Shown here: positions 61,001 through 63,819 of the stretch, one piece after another
How positions within the stretch are numbered: the stretch's first letter is position 1
Layout of the letters: each line of letters begins with the position of its first letter
Origin: Clostridia bacterium
GTDB taxonomy: Bacteria > Bacillota > Clostridia > Christensenellales > UBA1242
NCBI GenBank assembly: GCA_017936585.1
Contig: JAGBFI010000016.1
Location: forward strand, 31,577-95,576
Length of the DNA stretch: 64,000 nucleotides
Direction of reading: 5' to 3'
Made by a program: the position numbers and the translations under genes
Notes under the pieces: model-generated
Told to the model about the DNA's origin: nothing
The model's input: only the letters and a program-made list of their open reading frames with translations
Database searches by the model: none

Positions 61001-62742
61001 CTATTGACTTTATCGTCACGGGCTTCGATGCAAACAATGTTTATGTTGCAAGAAATTCTGTTAAAAATGAAGACGGAGAATTTGTTGGTTTAAATGTGTA
61101 TGTCAAGGTTGACGATCTTGTTCAACAAACAGACACGAAAATCGTGAATACATATTCAGGACATGATGAGTCATGGAAATTTGAAATGCCTGATGGATTT
61201 GTTTCTGGCAGTTTGAAAGTTAAAGAAGGAAATGGAAGTTGGTTCGATTGTGAGGATGAACAAGAATTTGTTGGTGACGAAGAGTTAAAGGAATATTCTT
61301 ACAAATATTCTGGAGAAAAATCAAACTCTCAAGGGAATCTTGCTATCACTGGCGGTGAGGAAGGTTCAGCAACAAAATATATGCTTCTTGCAGCAGATTT
61401 CTCGCTGGGCAAGAAGAATTACGGTGAGAACAATGTAAGCATTTTCGGCGACAACTATGTTTTGAGATTTAGCTCAAGCATAACATCAAGTTCTTCTGCA
61501 AGTTTGTTTAAGGCGAACAGTGGGAATATCGTTGATTTGAATGTTGTCGGACAAAGTTTCTATCAATCAGGCGAAAGAGCACAGGCGTTGTTCCTTGAAT
61601 CATCGGAAGGTGATGTGAAAAATGCTAGAGTGTTTGGAAATATCAGAAATGTCAGTGCAAGCTATGGTTCAACCATTCATGCCGCAATCACAACGGCAAC
61701 AGGCTCGATTAGCATGGAAAGCTCCGTTGCCATGAATGTTCTTGATGCAGGAACAAACAGCAATGTCAGTGCAACATTGTCAAATGGCGGGGCTTCGGGA
61801 ATTTCAAGCAAGGATGTGCTTATTGCGGGTGATGCGGTGAAAGGAAGCAACGGTTCAAACAGTGGAGCAGCCGGTGCAAACGGCCAAGCTGGATCATCTG
61901 GTGGCGTTGGTGGAACAAACAATGTTTCATCAAGCGGAGATGTGGTTTCCAAAAATGGCCAAGCCGGTGTTGGTGGTTATGGCGGCAACGGAGTAAACGG
62001 CAACTTCAATGGAAACGAAGCTCTTGGTGGAGGTGGCGGCGGACAAGCCGGCACAAATGGTGGTGACCGCACTGCGAATGATGAAGGAAATTCAAATAGA
62101 GACTACGTAACTGTTCAATATGGTGGAAACGGTGGCGTAGGAGGACTTGGTAGGATTGTCGGAGAAATCTATTATCTTTCTGCTGGAGGTGGTTCATCTG
62201 GAAGTGTTGCGGAACAAGGGCAGAAGGGCGACAAGGGAATTTCAAAAGAACCTTACAGCTCTGGATTAGGTTCCAGCGACCAAAATGGAATCGTTTTCAT
62301 GGAAGCTATATCAACAGTGCTTGATACACCTCAACACTACTACAAAGAACATGGCTATACTTGGATGCATATTGGCGACACTGGATTTGCGGAAAATGAC
62401 CAATCTTGGAGAGATGGATGGGCAAATAGAGCTAAAGAGGTTGCAAAAACAGGTGCAACTGGAGCTCGGGGTGCTAGTGCAGCATTAGCTAATTCAGGTG
62501 GTCAAGTGGTGAATACACAAGTCTATTTTGGAATTTGGATTTACTACAAATATCATTTGCAAAGCTGGGGACTTTCAGGAGAGAGTGCTTGGTGGACAAT
62601 CCAAAATAACTACAACGTGGCGTGGTCGTCGGGAGAGATTGTCAACTCGGGCGGTTCTTATGGAAGCGCTTGCTCCGCAGTGAGTGGAGAAGGTGAAAAT
62701 GTTGTTCTGACTTGCAACCAAATTTGGGGGAATATGGCTTAA
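42994..62742 (+). CDS. giant surface lipoprotein (6,582 aa) with Ig-like regions and multiple GLUG-type beta-helix modules
   Basis: Uninterrupted frame. ATG 42994 follows AGGAGGA. MKKFALGILSVFIILGGVLLSAC with lipobox LSAC. More than 35 copies by eye of [AV]GG[LFIV][VI]GxNxGxIxN[SC][YF]-type turns. No LPXTG and no C-terminal TM. Confidence 0.9.
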   Translation: MKKFALGILSVFIILGGVLLSACDKRVSLSVPVDEVVIFTNDESEENPKEKEIGLTLENSSAGVNVEILNGEDCIRVSSAKRRGGNNYYFTIYGDRAGTAEVKVSAVEDSSQVHTINVVVNTILEGIETSKNDTVNNRSKLFIVKGGEIDLKAEEYFDFKPETANIVDVNWTFEDGTTEIYQDDVLVAEIVDAKLKVYNNDNNTLSYVSLKATSTRNEKVSSVVRLEVLESATINRMAIQDIAGEIVLYQNNSPAVTDVVEFNLKRNDASRAVASGEIVVNTKYDVQLSPIIFKKDGKKLVELAENEWSEYFDFNINRKTTDEVNGQVRYNFSLDAYDRDSILSFGSFMLYLNVGYRNYAYDITTKAVNVQINSTYAVEQIDLYDSQGEMINNSEVNVYSSYSKVSDATGSWRGYEVDSLLKPEEVALDNNLFRISIDVNQNDVLRRYINALSPEDKENPIAAIASFKKKNGNEITFSASAGSATYVSEEIASGEEIYVLASGKIENILENVRVDFIPSSDVTKATKVSFNFIKITEDATLGVFNEDGTAVTKRFISSNNVSTRKISYRVRINGLTSLSGLELVNDNSLFKFSEMTLIPATDPETDFVTVDFDVTLEGANFEATTKFWFEHITGKTSEMFELEAFRPLESVSILNADAQSANVYISHTGVQSYVEKNGTISENANLQNETLSKLMVEAGSIISLNTTYQSLSDAGISYAYLSYETMVEQLVDLQLDDLIDQFIDAGLTDEEATAKAMEIIEQQAKDLFNEKSASVGGTIYKNGLEFVAKKMFDSFGMIDNVYISQINDTRLQVTDNEFKGYVLVRFNGFDADYNSITVVRIFALESFYAVNSLTPNVKEDLLYTTETLSANDVAMASVDVTISLRADDKVPTYSALEYFNFTSAKDNWTTDTANNLLLKKNRFYTVSSIQPYLNGKYLTFTITANSTNSQTSFHDILTITYTDDYGFERKTEVSLEIRNVERVESVKWINRTLNDEIYLNLTSRNTADKNFTISTSVMPASANDLELAHVFAASGNAGNLAINPSLNGQTFNLSIDPELSDGGVGFLYLLPQDMVKIVNGRRQILLYHYETDENGNIMTDEDGYLKETAVYISESEINKNYDAIINGGVVGEGNDAKEVSNFFINNDGEKIYNKNIILKIKVILADGSGEDTAIRVYNEKELKDIDRGNFYYQIMNDITLTSWEAFDSYNGTIFGTSNTTTLTFENGSQNFVKVLNGTIKNLIFAGETTSTATDYAGFIANTNKGRLENISTDIYYDGQFYKSSTLNSNASCVGGLVGKNNGVIDSSFSFGLTINSSATTAGGLVGENNGTISNSGVEFYSFRETQTTQRPNSITVGGNGVVGGLVGLASEGSKIERSYVYAYPLTENGIVVDNLVYNGNMALFVGIGNGATSVSESFAFAGDLTTTVLSFSENVRFSNSYYIYRGFSGKSMKFLTTNSTLNSITLTTDGATISGRWDDAVGLLDKSIWQTEEIDTQINFGFMYLKNIAQSVAVDLDEVQIQNNTSPLQSLQVDTESGILFVYAPQAIISNPAELSELESYNTISLAKLFGLTEKQARSLLVSSENTNVALSTTSLRMLSTTTSEFTITVHSKMDLTNSKPLKFIVLNSLPEMTTKIDGEELLDGQIVMLQKSKELDISYTLKNVIYLNGQDYLIDRDEYDIAFTLNGLETTEDDYLSAVKSNNALQLTGKNSHEKANPSFISSWLAVDSLERRYAAAVANQRKREFEVAVYNGATDLRVANAKNLEFKPSEYASFDVIMATDNAEDNLVLTLKMGELQWTSREDVNSAVFEINSSLKIDASWSYVEEVNARRYTVVVKVDNSCKHLVSSDVNFEILVNALSQIDNTNYVKAVGMTLKTQNVDKVMINAYSIDSRRIVSSVLYLATANKIISTLMPASDAILAVSVRPEFALMTHFTVTYSVVSEGKIGIINLTKLSNDSRYGFYVDSRNTTYLTNGIRVDLTDTDRASRGDYYFRMYASSAFGDDSSVLLTVTYYNGDEVLKIATKEMQVDYMKNATVLVEGAERYLLAKGESATVTISVGADQRLANLYLEGNGTNISLSSWLEKLEGNTRTYTATLVAHVDATVLDKDGNHKSTGVFYVCANVERVLNGEQEIKTSRAVVGLMDFTLNEGEISLAASDGTTTYNGKEYDVLYTYIGASTTLSFNYPIMPEDYNYDVNDANEVEEMKRILQERQKFLLKNTYANEDVQYYINYEYDRTTATYKELTLKEQLYFASNEDDATAIYSSNSGLRDNDLFTIDEENVGNVAGVENATELVIRGTTTGRQLMKLETIVMYEGQVLRRIPYYFVIVVDTWTDEETPTCINTAEEFIEYATESEKPDDYILMNDIVLEDYEPLSTELISSLDGNGYTIHLNSFKEQTGSSVNYALFSEVAEGTTLKNVRVNIYGGGQITVNVAQGATSRVYAAGFAIINNGIIYNCEVVSYFSDHQKTAISGATGLVVKYVDGLNTDPIQISGAREIESVVAGFVYENNASITNSRVGGESFRYIKDIAGQDYIATQKLGTFTLEGQGEVAGFVATNAGYISASFADNMQINNMMNSNISATAGFALYNTQNIQNSYIEGVGIIEDENNNKIVEHDLTNITSIGVVAGFVYDNSGLVKNSYANIAIENTKTKPAYASGFVYTNQTAGEITLCYTACAISKSDVNQLPFSGVSSSTTSLNYGKITLSYFYNSTKIDDTSESSLTSGATPVTEILSDPENALYGFSFASSDDAYDGIWTKTDNGITLVSANKIAFSNRYSVYDEKTQMTSIFYNKSIRDAETLISENLSYGSENNPIIIRNAYDFAVATGAATSKEISAYKEYYTSKEVFGNYRVVNDLAFDDENVDQNATSEGKAKLTTTEKTFSGILDGNGFTISAINLGSSKDVENFGLFAKLNGAVVMNLNLIVDSVHNSQATIVGTLAGTAIDSRIIAISLAPISTQGKGESTLIEGFNIVGGVVGMLFGESKIHDIEVKNIEIFSGDHDASKTIGSNSVAVAGMRALAQENKSLDAQAETLSYAGAVAVYVDIYDNVNNEKVKYSSLKASDYDIVTVHVTDSVNIYGEVAGGLFGYVGDSTYVYDATLELDSNDDLENPSYIISKNLYAGGLIGENYGGLFAVYASHEKTLQDEIEESENDYYTGENVDAERGQMSIFSYTEKDAHVKKRYDDPLYIGGLVGYMGGGYINVGYNKLNVISRSSATKAVGGLIGVVANNETTFELLSLTNAPRVNIYLKDVYASGDLYADGTNTTSAGIVGAICNDPAIGMKNVLAMNYYSYNGTTLLGDTAATVNAQGVVASDKHFMLIGKAYNANVDAISEQANLNSNIYVITSADSYTNVRTGEPKVATGSATVGGYSSISIGAGSSSAVSVSLSQFGFKLNDRAIAMSSDIILNSEHIGDSWMEEMPTAYVRFSQYFLENGWQEEYWVHTQDELFPHIELLTKSNIVYWDVFNTREVLTKMASDDALTVIVRGKVSQTENDHDYADIDLRASASDVDGLLNFETLTNFNGTLTSYYQYMNEDGNVFVTNAAEGNVGGEAGDRPGIILDKPMFENISGNKNTIEGLNIYFVPGKNADGAELNDINYSFVENETNKAIFNDINLIYNNNVALTTNVVESADKIVANAGLVAPKADSTTFININVTMRNESSITFNTEALPAQTEGTAPKSTEVYLGIMAGYIAQSADFNAISVEGINFDNGVEASVDSIQINVTGNNSSYDSLYFGLYAGRIYKTVGGTSKISVGLSSLNSVNINLQNMAKENNYVGGFVGDLQGVEQATLQSSVVKPGSTGVSIILENATVDSFYGGLAFGRVDNSTITISAGDGKGELLGGIYQKGAVYIGRTNIGAIAGWTNSSITVQGLAATFNVGRLIRLGENKWIFKDYLTKSNPENDEETIFDLNKYDYSLSAFTTGGDVNDSIGGYFGYVDSGSLLKITGAVQVDGVIDVATVYDENDETETISVGGLIGKITGAVETNMSLSNNLDISVQEDFDSTKNSVYSATAYVGGVIGWVQSVTSDESETPSYPSNYFVKINQNSSNYVRYNGTVLSAVNDLVFGGTIGMVSRGNFFNANYPVAISNAVYGGAVKAYGDKLAGGKLTVGGVVGEYGEKVNPSNLPCYYTITKSYSYGDVFVNYREVNAQKQYVNDRLSTYNFGGIVGSASRIAISDCSSIMTSFNNKVPYGTNLSSTTIGGYSVGAIAGESSGAAIYSNNKYSSGVSLAYQLQDGNQDVLYGDSEGAYVGYTNQVAKGTEGETLTLPTTTENILDLFADFLTSESGEGHKLNPYMWDETDEVITSASNKTLVGSKTLSSSHNISWVALAKDLAGDNKRISPVTDNLTNVAFVGNGHIIEIEDERQVGKLDENSTLSDAKDLGAFVNSMGVKYNLDLNDLSSNRPNFNLVSGMILDLNVNEVEINGGAYSYGGVAGRSYGNSFVYGVGVQGTLSVGGKDDQLLLAGIIGSMDEGFINECYVDAHISYRAAEGGYVSGIANVADFNTTIKATYSSGLIEAYTNVPIYTFAFSSENTSNATQNALIDCYSITQTKRTNVFSDASTVNEGVYFINLDTSNKFDTSRFKTYGEVVHGCYDVSEALAADSMALAYYQDDLSERKLTIDYADEGEKTYSSWYFSPYVNYGYAAHGFGYLKNVTTYTRAVVEAETATEEGAEVGATETDIPVYDADEYEYTAVSYSDILANGASDTFGNVAKDESKWWYLGVPNAGKFGQMISTIETGSENYDKNYRFVLRYGFDMSNFAALLGKDVGKETMSLVIDGNGNTLNFENNGGLSTALFKTMNGSVDNLRLVGIKSSAKGTLAEIVNGSITNITVVGELTPSAGPAGGVVGELNGSATNVEAVVNIDGSTSIMGGVVGKMTSGIISYSSNSGRIVNTSTTGSGFNIGQIQSNGEFLGAVNSTVTGGVVGVADGGKVEFSYNANAVLGGYTISTAGKYVVGGVVGYANGVTINHAYNTGLVGAGNYTSEDTISYAGGIVGYGASGSVSNSINDAQVEAINKFNKNKSKLSYSLKSGAEETTEYSANPAPLSYSVTMTYNDGLARHVYAYGVGFMASGSIESSSSSTDNIKNDGNIGQVTDTQTLTFDRAAMLDNGGNEKYQAIYNAGTKGDDGFGNATYTKELYISGYDSYGVPARVYMNDNMTRIYNDDTLLGYAKKHVDYDYGHWYGALFGWGYTRAQRSYAVVADSSGKTSSKQDATLQSDKTLFASGTAEFNRTYYLSAETQYYSSVEFQEYDTKLSNAGGVGCVAGVTCGTSYSRVNSTIEKQIEKIDEKNENGAGMQILSINGENVAVVKNKQNVQAVLAPASLTFGPIEIEILDEKTDFESIKESDLAISVIKNVGGVESDVGYQFYDLIQFAKNAEERTITVEGTIFFTSSVEGDISVKTAIDYSSVIGSFELRKNNLYIDESGKTIIDLGETVVFEENVTSYSYSINDTEYIFDRDEENNMLIYNGRENLIELYSGNATLIISRTKQVARKTTIEAKFTTTSETQEEAIGAAEYTTETLTLIGYTTGTLGNLSFEDVTAAIVDSDSGEEQTIVTGKKIALENILSKFGNTSKLAFGDNSNYMVSYNNGRWSVVDDSLDDGVLVSIEQGYLVFSSSTTDGTTETKTDVVIDETFLANMAYWQVYYAKTGTIASETGYSYISRNYAGEMFNLTFAPADNGDFKINTYSQKVEYSGSNFEASTGTNVETVTTNFCGIDFVSKKVPITYSKLLSAQAILRKANVGYELSVTDSQGKLKFVKQGYVGDSVSTSVDLPSTASSGDVVRFTTFKQKIYEGTEELTNYIYATGESNSISFRSYSESGDEEENESETISYSVTKTKYPETVTDGESSITSDNCPYCGGTCNSISTRKDYMKDNWVRDDVMYNYVYTIYDCGVIEVEYTDISNSETTGKKFVYKTINGNVTMDEYTMVQSAEKSYVTDASGNRIDTNGDGEINEDDMQYSYSWKQESGVELNFDYMQKYGDITIDFIVTGFDANNVYVARNSVKNEDGEFVGLNVYVKVDDLVQQTDTKIVNTYSGHDESWKFEMPDGFVSGSLKVKEGNGSWFDCEDEQEFVGDEELKEYSYKYSGEKSNSQGNLAITGGEEGSATKYMLLAADFSLGKKNYGENNVSIFGDNYVLRFSSSITSSSSASLFKANSGNIVDLNVVGQSFYQSGERAQALFLESSEGDVKNARVFGNIRNVSASYGSTIHAAITTATGSISMESSVAMNVLDAGTNSNVSATLSNGGASGISSKDVLIAGDAVKGSNGSNSGAAGANGQAGSSGGVGGTNNVSSSGDVVSKNGQAGVGGYGGNGVNGNFNGNEALGGGGGGQAGTNGGDRTANDEGNSNRDYVTVQYGGNGGVGGLGRIVGEIYYLSAGGGSSGSVAEQGQKGDKGISKEPYSSGLGSSDQNGIVFMEAISTVLDTPQHYYKEHGYTWMHIGDTGFAENDQSWRDGWANRAKEVAKTGATGARGASAALANSGGQVVNTQVYFGIWIYYKYHLQSWGLSGESAWWTIQNNYNVAWSSGEIVNSGGSYGSACSAVSGEGENVVLTCNQIWGNMA
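43090..43365 (+). other. first Ig-like (Big_2-like) domain of the giant protein
   Basis: ...VNVEILNGEDCIRVSS...YFTIYGDRAGTAEVKVSAVEDSSQVHTINVVVN resembles the Big_2 ending (kaGtatItat..dg.k.a...vtV). Boundaries are approximate. Confidence 0.45.
46513..47520 (+). other. GLUG/beta-helix module 1
   Basis: Lead-in IRVYNEKELKDID..YYQIMNDITL...FDSYNGTIFG. Turns VGGLVGKNNGVIDSSFSF, AGGLVGENNGTISNSGVE, VGGLVGLASEGSKIERSYVY. Cap DKSIWQTEEID..FGFMYLKNI. Confidence 0.7.
50017..51330 (+). other. GLUG/beta-helix module 2
   Basis: Lead-in PTCINTAEEFIEYA...DYILMNDIVL...LDGNGYTIHLNSF. Turns AAGFAIINNGIIYNCEVV, VAGFVYENNASITNSRVG, VAGFVATNAGYISASFAD, VAGFVYDNSGLVKNSYAN. Cap DGIWTKTDNGITL. Confidence 0.7.
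51445..53385 (+). other. GLUG/beta-helix module 3
   Basis: Lead-in NPIIIRNAYDF...YRVVNDLAF...FSGILDGNGFTISAINL. Turns VGGVVGMLFGESKIHDIEV, AGGLIGENYGGLFAVYAS, IGGLVGYMGGGYINVGYN, VGGLIGVVANN. Cap EEYWVHTQDELFPHIELL. Confidence 0.7.
53400..55940 (+). other. GLUG/beta-helix module 4 (longest, most degenerate)
   Basis: Turns YVGGFVGDLQGVEQATLQS, IGGYFGYVDSGSLLKITG, VGGLIGKITGAVETNMS, VGGVVGEYG, FGGIVGSASRIAISDCSS, VGAIAGESSGAAIYSNN. Cap NPYMWDETDEV. Confidence 0.55.
55990..57000 (+). other. GLUG/beta-helix module 5
   Basis: Lead-in ...NVAFVGNGHIIEIED. Turns YGGVAGRSYGNSFVYGVG, LAGIIGSMDEGFINECYV, VSGIANVADFNTTIKATYS. Cap SSWYFSPYVNYGYAAHGFGYLKNV. Confidence 0.55.
57268..58320 (+). other. GLUG/beta-helix module 6
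   Basis: Lead-in YRFVLRYGFDMSNF...LVIDGNGNTLNFEN. Turns AGGVVGELNGSATNVEAV, MGGVVGKMTSGIISYSSN, TGGVVGVADGGKVEFSYN, VGGVVGYANGVTINHAYN, AGGIVGYGASGSVSNSIN. Confidence 0.7.
61381..61827 (+). other. short beta-helix-like module 7
   Basis: YMLLAADFSLGKKNYGENNVSIFGDNYVLRFSS...FKANSGNIVDLNVVG...GDVKNARVFGNIRNVS has the same lead-in logic but few turns. Confidence 0.4.
61828..62240 (+). repeat. Gly/Asn/Ser-rich low-complexity segment of the giant protein
   Basis: GDAVKGSNGSNSGAAGANGQAGSSGGVGGTNN...GVGGYGGNGVNGNFNGNEALGGGGGGQAGTNGGD...QYGGNGGVGGLG...SAGGGSSGS...GQKGDKG. Confidence 0.85.
62241..62739 (+). other. Trp/Tyr-rich C-terminal domain of the giant protein (unknown fold)
   Basis: About 165 aa with 9 Trp in the last ~125 residues (TWMHIGD..SWRDGWANR..FGIWIYYKYHLQSWG..SAWWTIQNNYNVAWSSG..CNQIWGNMA*) and two Cys pairs. 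I recognise no motif. Confidence 0.6.
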
Positions 62743-62825
62743 GAATGACAAGAAATAGAGGAAAATTTGAATTTTGTGTGAAAAGGATCTCGCTCTGAGC
62801 ACAGCACAAAATCACAAACGAAAGG

Positions 62826-63599
62826 ATGAAAGAAATGGAAAAGAAAACAGAGGCGCAGGGGAAGAAAAAGTGTATTCATGAGGGGCATCGCGCGAGGTTG
62901 TCGGCTCTTGCAAAAAACGCTGGGCTGGACAGCATGAGCGAAGTTCAAGTGATGGAATTTTTCTTGACATACATTTTTCCAAGAGGGGATGTCAATCCCC
63001 TTGCTCACCGTCTGTTGGATGAGTACGAAACTTTCACAAATGTCATTGACGCCGAGGCCGAAGACTTGATGAGAATTCATGGAATCAACGAGCGTTCGGC
63101 GCGAATGATAAACATGTTTGGCGAACTGTTCTATTACTATGCAACCGCAAGAATGGGGAAAAAGTTTATTGTCAGAACAATGGCTGACCTCATTGATGTT
63201 GCGGAGGATTATCTTCGATTTCGAACCACTGAGAATATGCTGATTATGGCGCTTAGCCCTGCAAACATTCTCACTCACAAACGCCGCATCGACATGAACA
63301 AAAATGATGAGGTTGGCGTTTCGTTTTTGGAATTTACAAACTTCATCGCAAACGCAAAGCCTGCAAGTATGGTGATTGCTCATTGTCACCCATATGGCAG
63401 TGCAAAGCCGTCTGAAAAAGATGTCGAATCTTACAAGAAAATTGGAGAGCTGTGCACCTCTTGTGGAGTGCGTCTGATTGATTCGATGATTGTGGGCGAG
63501 GATGGCGTTTACAGTCAGCTGGAGGAAAAGTTTTACAGAACCTACCGAAGCTTGGACGTGGTGAAGGAATCTTTCCAAAAGCTTATCAGCGGACAATAG
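62826..63599 (+). CDS. radC: RadC-like JAB/MPN domain protein
   Basis: 257 aa. N-terminal HEGHRARL...helix-hairpin-helix-like EDLMRIHGINERSARMI. C-terminal JAMM-like box IAHCHPYGSAKPSEKD (canonical HNHPSGxxxPSxxD). Confidence 0.8.
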   Translation: MKEMEKKTEAQGKKKCIHEGHRARLSALAKNAGLDSMSEVQVMEFFLTYIFPRGDVNPLAHRLLDEYETFTNVIDAEAEDLMRIHGINERSARMINMFGELFYYYATARMGKKFIVRTMADLIDVAEDYLRFRTTENMLIMALSPANILTHKRRIDMNKNDEVGVSFLEFTNFIANAKPASMVIAHCHPYGSAKPSEKDVESYKKIGELCTSCGVRLIDSMIVGEDGVYSQLEEKFYRTYRSLDVVKESFQKLISGQ

Positions 63600-63633
63600 A
63601 GACCCGCATGATATTGACATAAAAATGGAAAAA

Positions 63634-63657
63634 CTCAACAATTTGTTGAGTTTTTTT
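63634..63657 (+). terminator. rho-independent terminator after radC
   Basis: Stem CTCAACA / TGTTGAG with loop ATT, followed by T7. Confidence 0.85.
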
Positions 63658-63819
63658 ATGAATTGAGCTGATTGAAAAACTTCTTTATGAATGTTTTTCT
63701 TTCACATTTTTTTATCCGGAATTTAGCGGTGAAGAACTATTTTTGCATTTTTCTGCAAATTACGTGAATTTTATCGAAAAATATTTGCTAAAAAATGACA
63801 AAATATGTAAAATAAAAGT

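Noticed and set aside
62739-63641. 300-aa minus-strand ORF antisense to radC
   Set aside because: The plus strand encodes a recognisable RadC/JAB protein with an RBS and a terminator. The antisense product has no motif or RBS.
63700-63819. Shared words (TTTTCTGC, CGAAAAATAT, AAAAATATTTG) between the upstream regions of the giant gene and the downstream lipoprotein gene
   Set aside because: The matches are short and lie in low-complexity A/T sequence. I cannot distinguish them from chance without a statistical comparison.
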